Position numbers and translations under genes: made by a program
Shown here: positions 47,305-56,743 of the stretch, in pieces
Position numbering within the stretch: position 1 is the first letter of the stretch
Layout: every line of letters starts with the position of its first letter
Source of the DNA: a virus
Lineage: Duplodnaviria > Caudoviricetes
Virus record (IMG/VR): IMGVR_UViG_3300027804_000001
Location: 160,001-224,000 of that record
Reading direction: 5' to 3' (one strand)
DNA length: 64,000 bases
The notes under the pieces: generated by a model
The model's database searches: none
Told to the model about the DNA's origin: nothing
Seen by the model: the letters and a program-made list of their open reading frames with translations, nothing else

Positions 47305-48614
47305 GACATCAATGATTGAAATAATTTATAATCATCATTATTATTTTTTATTTCATTAATGATTTTACGATTGTTTTCTAATCTTTTAGTGTTTTCTTTA
47401 TAAAACTTAATGATTTCTTCTTTGTTTTCTTTAATTCTAACAACCTCATTAATTAATTTTAATAATCTAATTTGAATTGTTGGTTCATTATCATAACTGT
47501 GGTCAATAATATCATCAAAAAAATCAAAACCATATTTGTTCTTCATATATTTCACATGATGTTGGGTTGCAACTATGATTGGTAAGTTATAATACGCAAA
47601 AGGTCTGAATGATTTTTCACTAACATGAATAACATTAAAATCATCTCTCCATTGTGATTCTGTTACAATATTAACATACGATTTCATATATGAAAAACTA
47701 TCTTCGGGTATTAATAAACCTCCGGATTCCATTGCGGCTTCACCTAACGGGGGGAATTTAGTTTTATCAAATATTATTTCTCCATTCTCACTAAAATATT
47801 GTCTGTCTATTTCATAATCACTTTCTTTTACTTTTATTGAAAGTAGTTTTTTTATTTCCTGTTCACAATTATAAACCACACCATCAGGTAAAACCTCCCT
47901 CAACCAAATAAAGTCTTCTGGTGGTCTACTTTGACCACTTACAAATGACCAATTCACATCATCAATTAAACCTTTTTTGTCTAATAATGCCAAAGTTGCA
48001 TATCTATGTGGTTTTGGTGATTTATTATGACAAATAAAAAACTTACCTGTCTTATCCGTAATTAAATTAGGTGTTAAATCAGAAAAAATACTTGTACATG
48101 TTATTGGTATTAATTGTAATTGGGTAAATTGTATATTTCTGTTATGTTTTCTATTGTAGTCTTCAAAATTACCGTTGTTATTTAACAACATAAATTGTGC
48201 ATCATTAAGACCATTATTTGTTATGTAATTTATTAGTTCTATATAACCCATTTCATCATCACTTTCGTGTTCAGTTAGAAATACAATTGTAAAATTTGGA
48301 CATTCTTTTAAACAATTTCTAATTTCTTCAGAAAAAGATAAGTTCCTGTCTTTAAACATTTGTTCTATTGACATTGCCGTTTTAATAAAAAAATAATATT
48401 TTAAATTAGGATTTTCATATACGTCTTTAATTTTATTAAAAGTTCTTGATAGTGAGTGTCTATCGTAGTTTAATTGTGCACGATAATATCTTTCATAGAA
48501 ATCAAAAAATCCGTCTTCATATCTAAATCCATCAGATCCAAAAAATTCTGAACAATTAGGTAATGGTTTATCTCCATCCCATTTCTCGAAAACAAGTCTT
48601 ATATTCTTATCCAT
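47301..48614 (-). CDS. Unnamed GT-like family member (copy 3 of 5)
   Basis: FICHNK...HR, VNIVTES, VSEKSFRP, YGFDFFDD...SYDNE. Confidence 0.55.
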   Translation of the reverse strand: MDKNIRLVFEKWDGDKPLPNCSEFFGSDGFRYEDGFFDFYERYYRAQLNYDRHSLSRTFNKIKDVYENPNLKYYFFIKTAMSIEQMFKDRNLSFSEEIRNCLKECPNFTIVFLTEHESDDEMGYIELINYITNNGLNDAQFMLLNNNGNFEDYNRKHNRNIQFTQLQLIPITCTSIFSDLTPNLITDKTGKFFICHNKSPKPHRYATLALLDKKGLIDDVNWSFVSGQSRPPEDFIWLREVLPDGVVYNCEQEIKKLLSIKVKESDYEIDRQYFSENGEIIFDKTKFPPLGEAAMESGGLLIPEDSFSYMKSYVNIVTESQWRDDFNVIHVSEKSFRPFAYYNLPIIVATQHHVKYMKNKYGFDFFDDIIDHSYDNEPTIQIRLLKLINEVVRIKENKEEIIKFYKENTKRLENNRKIINEIKNNNDDYKLFQSLMS

Positions 48615-49833
48615 TTGTTATTTTTTTATAGAATAAACTATCATCTTTCATATTTGAAATTTCCAATAGTTTAATTTTATTATTTTCCATTCTTTCTTTT
48701 AGAGATGGGTATATTTTGATTATTTCGTCTTTTTTATTGTTCAATTCAATTATCTGTTCGATAATTTTTTTCATTCTTTTTATATTATCCTTCTCATAAT
48801 CATAATCATGATTAACAATATCATCAAACATATCAAATCCATATTTTTTTCTTAAGACATCAACATGTAAATAAGATGCACAGAACAAAGGTATTTGATA
48901 ATATAAAAAGGGTTTCATTGATTTTTCAGATATGTGAATCAAGTCCTCTTCAAAAAAATTTGATTCAGATACTATATTAATGTATGAGTTTTCTTGGTCT
49001 TTTTTTATTTCAGGCATGTGAACATACAATGGAACATCCCGTATTCCTTCAAAATCGGGTTTTTTTTCCTTAATAGAATAAAAATACTCAATTTCTTCTT
49101 TTAATAACAATGTAGTTTCATCGTCTAAAAATCTTTTAATATCTTCAAATTGTGCAAATTTATTATATTCATCCTCATCGTCCCCAAATGACCAATTCAC
49201 ATTTTTTATTAAATCATATTTTTTTAAAAAAGATAACAATAGATGTCTATGTATCTTTCTCATATTATTCAAACAAATAAAAAATTTACCTTCTTTATTT
49301 TTTATAAAATTAGTCTCAAGATTTCTTACAGATGTCGAATACCACATTGGTACGTGCATAGTTGAGAGGTAATTAATTTTTAAATTCTTTTTTTCTATCT
49401 GTATTTGGTTTAATGCGTTGTTGTTAATTATGTATATTTTTTCGTCGGGTATATTATTATCACGTATAAACTTTTTAAGATATAAAAAATCTTTGTTTTG
49501 ATAACTTTCGTGACTACTTATAAAAAGAAGATTTAGATTATCATTTTTTTTAACCATATCTACAATCTTCTCAGTTATAACTTTCTTATCCATAAGTAGA
49601 CAATTCAAACTACAAGACAGGTGTTCAACCAAATAAAAAAATTTGGTTTTGTCATTTCTGAACACATCTTCAGGTTTGAAATACTCAACACTAATATCAT
49701 AAGTGTCAGATATAAAATCTGCTCTACTCAACGAACACTCAGGAAAAATTTTACTTCCATTTGGTTTTGGTACATCTTGATCCCAATCATCAAATACAAG
49801 ATTTAATTTATTTCTTGATTCTTGTATTTCCAT
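48607..49833 (-). CDS. Unnamed GT-like family member (copy 4 of 5)
   Basis: FICLNN...HR, INIVSES, ISEKSMKP, YGFDMFDD...YDYE. Confidence 0.55.
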   Translation of the reverse strand: MEIQESRNKLNLVFDDWDQDVPKPNGSKIFPECSLSRADFISDTYDISVEYFKPEDVFRNDKTKFFYLVEHLSCSLNCLLMDKKVITEKIVDMVKKNDNLNLLFISSHESYQNKDFLYLKKFIRDNNIPDEKIYIINNNALNQIQIEKKNLKINYLSTMHVPMWYSTSVRNLETNFIKNKEGKFFICLNNMRKIHRHLLLSFLKKYDLIKNVNWSFGDDEDEYNKFAQFEDIKRFLDDETTLLLKEEIEYFYSIKEKKPDFEGIRDVPLYVHMPEIKKDQENSYINIVSESNFFEEDLIHISEKSMKPFLYYQIPLFCASYLHVDVLRKKYGFDMFDDIVNHDYDYEKDNIKRMKKIIEQIIELNNKKDEIIKIYPSLKERMENNKIKLLEISNMKDDSLFYKKITNG

Positions 49834-50974
49834 AATATTCTACTCTTATTTCTTCTGATTTATATTCTCTCCATGGATCTAATACAATTGAGTTTTTAGT
49901 AAATTTATAATCACGATGTTTTCCATAATGACCCAATAGATAAACAGCATCAATTGGAGTATTCAAATCATATTCAACCTTAATTCCTTCTTTCTCAACA
50001 TAGTAACCTACTAATATGGATGATGAACCGTCAACATATTCAACATCTGGTTTATAAGCCTTTCCCAAAATAACAATAGGTAAATTATTTTCTCTAGAAA
50101 GACTAACTAATTTTAATGCAATGTTTTCTGCTTGTTTTTCTCTTGCTGTCATAATTGCATCAAACAAATCATAACCCAAATTCAAATTTTCAGCCAAAAA
50201 TCTTAAAGCTATATTATCTCTTGGATGACATCCTCCACCATCACCCATACCTGCTTTCATATATGATGGTCCCATTATTCTTTTAGTACTTCTTTCAAGT
50301 GCACCTGTTACAACATCAACATTCATGTTACCAATTTTTTCTGCAACATCTTGTATCATATTAACCAATGCAACTTTGGTTGAAATGAATGTGTTATAGA
50401 AGATTTTAATACCTTCTGATTCATCCCACGTCCCAATTTCAAAACGAGTATTTTCTTTTACGATTGTTTTATAAAAGTCGGATAATAATTTAGCGTCTCC
50501 TGTAATAGAACCGTCTTCAGTACCAATAATAACCATTTCAGGATTTACCATGTCCCACTTAACGGTACCCATTGCAATCAAATAAGGGTTATAAATAAAT
50601 CTAAAATTAGTACATAGTGGAATAAATTCTCTTCTTATAGTACCAGGTAATACTGTTGAAATTAGCACAACTAATTGTTCTTTAGTTGTATGTTTATTAA
50701 CTTCTGTCAATACCTGTTTAACGATACTATAATTAAAATCCTTATTTTCTAAATGTGATGTTGGGTATCTACCATCATAATCAGGATGATGGGGAGTTGG
50801 TACTGCAATAAAGATTAAATCTCTATTTTTACATACCTCTTCTATTGTATCAACCATATTGAAATTTAATGGTGATACTTTATTTACATCATATCCAATT
50901 ACTTCATATTTTTCTGCCATAACTTCGGCGGCGTCTTTTCCTAATTTACCTATACCGATAAATCCTATTTTCAT
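49808..50974 (-). CDS. ugd: UDP-glucose/GDP-mannose 6-dehydrogenase family
   Basis: GIGKLG, AVPTP, KIFYNTF, GGGCHPRD catalytic Cys, AYKPD. Confidence 0.88.
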   Translation of the reverse strand: MKIGFIGIGKLGKDAAEVMAEKYEVIGYDVNKVSPLNFNMVDTIEEVCKNRDLIFIAVPTPHHPDYDGRYPTSHLENKDFNYSIVKQVLTEVNKHTTKEQLVVLISTVLPGTIRREFIPLCTNFRFIYNPYLIAMGTVKWDMVNPEMVIIGTEDGSITGDAKLLSDFYKTIVKENTRFEIGTWDESEGIKIFYNTFISTKVALVNMIQDVAEKIGNMNVDVVTGALERSTKRIMGPSYMKAGMGDGGGCHPRDNIALRFLAENLNLGYDLFDAIMTAREKQAENIALKLVSLSRENNLPIVILGKAYKPDVEYVDGSSSILVGYYVEKEGIKVEYDLNTPIDAVYLLGHYGKHRDYKFTKNSIVLDPWREYKSEEIRVEYYGNTRIKK

Positions 50975-53130
50975 ACTATATCTAATTTTATTTGATTTAT
51001 TATTGATAAAATTTCTTTATAATGATTCATACTATCTCCATCAAAACTATACTTTGATGTTACAATTTCAATATATTTTTTTCTGTTAAACTCACAAACT
51101 TCTAACATTTCATTTCTAATTGATTTCAACTCATCAATTGTTTTATCTTTGAATTTTTCAATTTCATTAACTATCATATCAGATCTAACACCCATTTCTT
51201 CTTCATTATCATAACTTTCATCAAACCATCTATCAAATGTTTTGAATCCGAATTCTTTTAATTTTTTAAGAGTTCCTTTATTACCTAAAACCATAAATGG
51301 ATGACCACATGATATTGGTTTCCATATTTTTTCGGAAAGGAATAAAGTATATTTGTCTGTTAAACTTTCCGTTACTATTGATATAAAAGTATCTTGGTAA
51401 TCTTGAAACGCAATTTCGTTTGCCCAATTATAATCCAATCCCCTATCAATTTCTATTGGTGCCTTTTTTTGTAATTGATTTGTTGGGTGGTCATCTGGTA
51501 TGTTTTCTACATAAGGAAAACTATTTAAACTTACTTTACCTAAATCTAATAGATTTTTTGATAACATGTTAGACAAGAAATGTATTCTATGGTGTCTAAT
51601 GTTTCTATTGTATGATAGATATAGATATTTGTTATCCCTTGGTTCAAACAATATGGAACCTGTTCTTTCTTTCATCATATGATAATTAATCCAATTATCA
51701 AAAATTGAAATCGGGATACATTTAAACTCTATTCCTTTATTTTTTGCAATCTCATCAATAATCAAATTACCACTTAACAAATAAACTGATTTCGGGGGTA
51801 TTTCAAAATCTTTAATCCATTTATCTAATATTTCTAAATCATCGTTATTTTCACAACCAATGTAACCCTCAAGACCATTTACTAAAACCAATTTACATAA
51901 ACCTGATTTAATATCATTTATGTATTTTTCTGATATACACCTAAATCCAATTTTTTCATTTCTAATAAAAAAATTAGGGTCAAATACATTTATAAGGTAT
52001 ATGTGTTTTTCGTCTTTTATCTTTTCTTTTTGTCTAAAATCAACAAAATCATCATAAAAATTTGGTGCGACTTGGTCTTTATATGTTCCATATCCAAAAA
52101 GTTTATAATTACTGTTAACATCCATTAGATTCCAAATTCCCCACATTTTTGGTATATCTAGACCACCCTCCTCTTCAAGATACCATGTTCTACTTGCACC
52201 ATTTGGTCTTGGGCAACCCAAAATTGAATCGTACTCTTCTAAACCAAAGACAACTTTTTCAGATAAAAATATTTCATATATCCCCCTCTCAAATGATTTT
52301 GGTATGAAATTGTGTACATATTTTTGAATCTTATCAAAATTCACATAATAAGACCTAAATTCAAGTCCATCATCAAAATACTCAACATTAATCTTTTTAT
52401 TAATCGACGCTTCTACTTTTTCAATTAATTGAATTTTAGTTATATTAAAATCATTAAATCCAACATTTAAGATTTTTTCTTCCGTATTTTGTGATGACAA
52501 CCTAAAAAGAATTTCTGCACAATCTTTAACATTTAGATTTGGTCTATATGCCTCTGCTTCGTATATCCTAATTTGTTTATTTTGTTTTACGTCATTAACT
52601 ACATTATTAATTAACAAATCGTTTCTATCTATCTCACCAATTCCATATAATGTTGCTAATCTCACAATTAAAAAATTATCATACCCACCATTTAAAATTT
52701 GTTTTTCTCCTTCAATTTTTAATTTTGAATATAGTGTTGTTGGTACTAATTCGGTGTTTTCATCTACAACTTGGTTGGTGTTACCATAAACACTACAACT
52801 ACTTAAGAAAATAAGTTTGAATGATGGTGACACTTTTTTTACACATCTAATTGCATGTTCCATTAATAATATTTCTGATGTAATATGCAAGTCATCTTTA
52901 ACCTCACTAAATCTAGGAGATGCCATGTATAAAACACAATTAATATTTGACAACTTGTCTAAATGTGATGTTATGTTTGTTAGATTATCTTTAATATATG
53001 GACAACCTAAATTATCAGGATTCGAATATTCAAATTTATCATATACGATAACCTCTTGATTTCTATCGATAATCAGTTTAGCCAAAACAGAACCCAAATA
53101 TCCACCACCACCTAATAGTAAAAATTTCAT
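50971..53130 (-). CDS. Fusion: NAD-dependent epimerase + unnamed GT-like domain (copy 5 of 5)
   Basis: GGGGYLG, SSCSVYG, YSKLK; C-terminal SYNR...HHR, SIVTES, LSEKIWKP, GFKTFD...SYDNE. Confidence 0.78.
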   Translation of the reverse strand: MKFLLLGGGGYLGSVLAKLIIDRNQEVIVYDKFEYSNPDNLGCPYIKDNLTNITSHLDKLSNINCVLYMASPRFSEVKDDLHITSEILLMEHAIRCVKKVSPSFKLIFLSSCSVYGNTNQVVDENTELVPTTLYSKLKIEGEKQILNGGYDNFLIVRLATLYGIGEIDRNDLLINNVVNDVKQNKQIRIYEAEAYRPNLNVKDCAEILFRLSSQNTEEKILNVGFNDFNITKIQLIEKVEASINKKINVEYFDDGLEFRSYYVNFDKIQKYVHNFIPKSFERGIYEIFLSEKVVFGLEEYDSILGCPRPNGASRTWYLEEEGGLDIPKMWGIWNLMDVNSNYKLFGYGTYKDQVAPNFYDDFVDFRQKEKIKDEKHIYLINVFDPNFFIRNEKIGFRCISEKYINDIKSGLCKLVLVNGLEGYIGCENNDDLEILDKWIKDFEIPPKSVYLLSGNLIIDEIAKNKGIEFKCIPISIFDNWINYHMMKERTGSILFEPRDNKYLYLSYNRNIRHHRIHFLSNMLSKNLLDLGKVSLNSFPYVENIPDDHPTNQLQKKAPIEIDRGLDYNWANEIAFQDYQDTFISIVTESLTDKYTLFLSEKIWKPISCGHPFMVLGNKGTLKKLKEFGFKTFDRWFDESYDNEEEMGVRSDMIVNEIEKFKDKTIDELKSIRNEMLEVCEFNRKKYIEIVTSKYSFDGDSMNHYKEILSIINQIKLDIV

Positions 53131-53131
53131 A

Positions 53132-54142
53132 TCAGTCTCTTAACATTTCAGTTGTAACACAATGGAATGACCCACCCAAAGTTCTTGAGTGTCTTATTTT
53201 ACAATCCAATGTGTCTATATTATATTTTTTTAATTCTTTTATTAATTCAGTTTGTCTATTATCTACAATCACAGTATTTTCATCAATAGATAATAAATTC
53301 ACACCAATCCAAACAGATGCCCTAATTGTTTTATGATAACCAATATCTACCATAGGTGGACACCATATCTTATCCCAAGACTTTAAAAAGTCAGGCATGT
53401 TATTTTCATTTACTCTTTCAGGATTTAATAAACATAAACCTTCTCGAAGTACCGCAATTGTTGAATCAATATGAATATATGAATACACGTTTTCTATTGT
53501 GTGTACTCTGTATTCTTTACCTAAAAAATTTTGTAACCATTTTGCACCTTTTAAATTACCCGTGTTAGAAACCAAGTACAAAATATCATTATTACATCTT
53601 AAGATATTCGCAGCATCAAATACCGGTTCGTCATTGTTCAATGTTATCTTTGATAAGTCATCTCTTTGATACATTGAATCCAACAATCTTGGTTTTGGTG
53701 CCGCAACCCAATTAGCACCTTCTTCCATTTTCTCAATGAAAATTTTTTTAAAACAATCTGTTTCAAGTTGTCTAGAACGAAGGGACATTGGTGATTCGAG
53801 TATATTATTACCAATTACAGTAACGGTATCTCTTGGACAAAACGTATAGTATTGCGTTGTTTCCCAATAACCATTGGATATTGTTTTTGTTGTATCTATT
53901 GGAGTTGGTCTATAAACTTTAACACCTATATTGGTTAGTAAATTAGAAAGGTTTTCTAAATCTTCGTATGTTTCTTCATATACTTTTGGGTCCCAAAATC
54001 CTATTTCATCTTTTGGTATTTCATCATCAGTTGCATAGTTTATACAATGTAAATCTTTACCATGTGTTGGCATATTTGCATTGTCTACTGTTCCAACAAT
54101 AATTTCTCTAAGTTTACCCCATTCATTATTAACTAACACCAT
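53132..54142 (-). CDS. Amidinotransferase (glycine/inosamine-phosphate amidinotransferase family)
   Basis: NEWGKLREIIVG, CPRD, FDAAN, HIDST, GGSFHCVT. Confidence 0.92.
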   Translation of the reverse strand: MVLVNNEWGKLREIIVGTVDNANMPTHGKDLHCINYATDDEIPKDEIGFWDPKVYEETYEDLENLSNLLTNIGVKVYRPTPIDTTKTISNGYWETTQYYTFCPRDTVTVIGNNILESPMSLRSRQLETDCFKKIFIEKMEEGANWVAAPKPRLLDSMYQRDDLSKITLNNDEPVFDAANILRCNNDILYLVSNTGNLKGAKWLQNFLGKEYRVHTIENVYSYIHIDSTIAVLREGLCLLNPERVNENNMPDFLKSWDKIWCPPMVDIGYHKTIRASVWIGVNLLSIDENTVIVDNRQTELIKELKKYNIDTLDCKIRHSRTLGGSFHCVTTEMLRD

Positions 54143-54983
54143 TATTTAATTTTTTTAAAACATAATCTAAAACGAGATTTTGTGATAAATGTCCGTGATG
54201 TGATAAATCTCTAGCCTTCACTTCACCATGTTCATCAACAATTTCATCCACAATAAAATCATCTGATAGGAAATTTGGTGTGTCTTTATAAAACCCACAA
54301 CGAAAAGTCCAATTTAAAACTTTCACGTCTTTAGATTTCCATATGATATTTGATAATTTTATGTATAAATCTCTTTGTTTAATTAATTCTCCTTTATTTT
54401 CTAAGAATCCATGTAGATACCATTGTCCGTACAATTTTGAATTTGCGGGATACATCTCCGTAGGGAATGCTCCACAGAACAATTCAAAACCAAGTGATGT
54501 TCCTTCTTTTGAATAATCAGAAACAAAAGAAAATGTTGTTCGATACTGAAATGGCCATTGATATATAACGAGTTTAGGTAGTTTATTTATTTTCAATAGA
54601 TGTTCAAAAAGTAACATTGTGTTATAATATTGAAAATCTATTGATGTTGATCCCATACCCATATTAAGAACCTCCAAACCCAATTCTTTTCCAACCTTTG
54701 TTGACCACATATCTTCTTCATATAATCCAATACCTTCAGTATATGAACAACCAAACACAATCATAAAGTCACCCTTAATTTCATCTAATTCTTTTGATCT
54801 ATAACCCCAAGAATTATATTTGTATTCTATTGGCTTTTCATAATAATACCAATCATTACCCATTACTTCTTTATTTTTGGTAAATAGCCCTTCAGAATCA
54901 GTCGATGCAAACAAAAATGTTTCATTTTTCTGACCAATGTTTTGAATAATAGGTAAATTGTTATTTAGAATTAGATATGACAT
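54129..54983 (-). CDS. SGNH-hydrolase-like protein
   Basis: YNSWGYRS, FGCSYTEGIG, NMGMGSTS, DLSHHG. Confidence 0.65.
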   Translation of the reverse strand: MSYLILNNNLPIIQNIGQKNETFLFASTDSEGLFTKNKEVMGNDWYYYEKPIEYKYNSWGYRSKELDEIKGDFMIVFGCSYTEGIGLYEEDMWSTKVGKELGLEVLNMGMGSTSIDFQYYNTMLLFEHLLKINKLPKLVIYQWPFQYRTTFSFVSDYSKEGTSLGFELFCGAFPTEMYPANSKLYGQWYLHGFLENKGELIKQRDLYIKLSNIIWKSKDVKVLNWTFRCGFYKDTPNFLSDDFIVDEIVDEHGEVKARDLSHHGHLSQNLVLDYVLKKLNNGVS

Positions 54984-55014
54984 TATTTAACCAATATAAC
55001 CTTTTTTCATTAAT

Positions 55015-55701
55015 TTATAAACCCTTGAAGGTTGAGTTCAATCTTAAATCTTTATAGTTTTTTGAACCGTGTGTATCATCATTTATTTCAGATATTTTAC
55101 TCATTAAAATTAATCCCCTTGCTGCATCTTCTGGTGTCATGTACATATGCCAACCACAAAATTCAATATCATCATCCAAATAATTTTTACTTAAGTCTCG
55201 ACCATCATAACAAGCCCTTTTAAACCATTTATAAGCCTCATAATCGTCACATAAAATCATACCTCCTCTACCTATTGGTAATCTTTTTTTCATTTGAAAT
55301 GACAACGCTTGGAACCCTCCTTGGTACATATCCTTAGTCCATCTACCGGCCCCATCCCATACATCCAAAGGCTCTAGTTTATAAACACCGGACCATTCTT
55401 TCTCAATAAATTCAAACTCATAACCGGCATGTAAAATTTGCATCGGTACAGATGCATATGTGAAATAAGGAATCTTAATTTTTTGTGGTTTATTGATATA
55501 TTTTAGAATAAGAAATAACGCATTACTACAACAATCTACAGCAATTGCATATTTTGAACCAGAAAACTCCGCAACTTTATTTTCAAATATATCTATGATT
55601 TCATTTGGGTTATTCCATACATAACCCATATTAGACAAGGTAGATAACTCAGGTCTCTGTAATTCTTCTGGTATTTGTCCTAATGGCCATTCTTTATACA
55701 T
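55015..55701 (-). CDS. Short DegT/DnrJ/EryC1/StrS family PLP aminotransferase
   Basis: AVDCCSNAL, DGA, SFQMKKRLPIGRGGMIL (Lys retained). Confidence 0.85.
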   Translation of the reverse strand: MYKEWPLGQIPEELQRPELSTLSNMGYVWNNPNEIIDIFENKVAEFSGSKYAIAVDCCSNALFLILKYINKPQKIKIPYFTYASVPMQILHAGYEFEFIEKEWSGVYKLEPLDVWDGAGRWTKDMYQGGFQALSFQMKKRLPIGRGGMILCDDYEAYKWFKRACYDGRDLSKNYLDDDIEFCGWHMYMTPEDAARGLILMSKISEINDDTHGSKNYKDLRLNSTFKGL

Positions 55702-55702
55702 T

Positions 55703-56740
55703 TTAAAGTATTTTAAGATGATTTATATATTTTGCTTTAATCATCTCCAAATCATCTGTAACATATACCGCATCTTTTTTTACATAACACTCCGCAAAAG
55801 TTGACCACGTGGATGTTGGGGACTTAATTAAAAATGGGCAGTATGATAAAGAAAACAAATCGACCAAATTTTCTACTACATTTCCGTGTTGGAATTCAGA
55901 TTTTTTTGTACCTCCTGTTAAAAGGTAATCATAAGCAACATTAATAAGGAATTTCTTATTTACTATGTTATTTTTATATCTTTCATAAAAATAATACATA
56001 ATGTTATCAGGCATATCCGTACTAATATAAAAATTTTGATCGGGATTAATTTTTAACATTTGATCCATTATATCAAAATATAACTTATCTTGATGAAATT
56101 CATAAAAAACATGTGATTGAATTGTTGCCGTTCTTTTTATTAAATCATAATCATGTCTAACGTCTTCGGGTAATGTGTCTAAATCTTTTTGTGAATATGG
56201 TACACCATTACCTCTTCTTATATGAATACCAACCGCATCAGAAACTTCTTTTTTAATTGAGTCTTCCAAATATCTATGTTTAAGTCTAATTTCAGATAAT
56301 GGTCTTTTAGTTTTTTTTAAAACTTCGTAAGGATATAAATTATCCAATTCACGATAATTAAAATTACAATAATAATGATTGTCCTTTAATTTCATTAAAC
56401 CTGTCTCAAACATTCTTTCTACATCATCAGTATAAAGTGGTTTCGCAACATCTATTTTTTTATTTTCTACGTCATATATTGCAAGAAATTTCAATTTTTC
56501 AATATCATATTCATCACCTTCGATGTTAGATATTGTTTTTGAATCCGGTATATCTATGAGTTTAGTTTCTGGCCAATATTTTTCCTCAAGTAAAATGTTA
56601 TAATCATAGTCATTGTGTCTGTTTATTTCATATGCGACTTCCCAATGAAAAATTCTATTACATAATCCTGTATCTGATGTGTGTCCATTCCATCCTCCAA
56701 ATGGTTCTAACCATCTAAGTGTTCTTTTATATTGTGCCAT
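55703..56740 (-). CDS. Fucosyltransferase-like protein (GT11/GT23/NodZ-like)
   Basis: GLCNR, VGIHIRRG, FYISTD, DLFSLS, STWS. Confidence 0.7.
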   Translation of the reverse strand: MAQYKRTLRWLEPFGGWNGHTSDTGLCNRIFHWEVAYEINRHNDYDYNILLEEKYWPETKLIDIPDSKTISNIEGDEYDIEKLKFLAIYDVENKKIDVAKPLYTDDVERMFETGLMKLKDNHYYCNFNYRELDNLYPYEVLKKTKRPLSEIRLKHRYLEDSIKKEVSDAVGIHIRRGNGVPYSQKDLDTLPEDVRHDYDLIKRTATIQSHVFYEFHQDKLYFDIMDQMLKINPDQNFYISTDMPDNIMYYFYERYKNNIVNKKFLINVAYDYLLTGGTKKSEFQHGNVVENLVDLFSLSYCPFLIKSPTSTWSTFAECYVKKDAVYVTDDLEMIKAKYINHLKIL

Positions 56741-56743
56741 TAA

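Noticed and set aside
54993-55021. Possible promoter TTTATA-N17-TATATT before 54983
   Set aside because: The -35 box departs from the TTGA consensus seen elsewhere and is easily matched by chance in AT-rich DNA.
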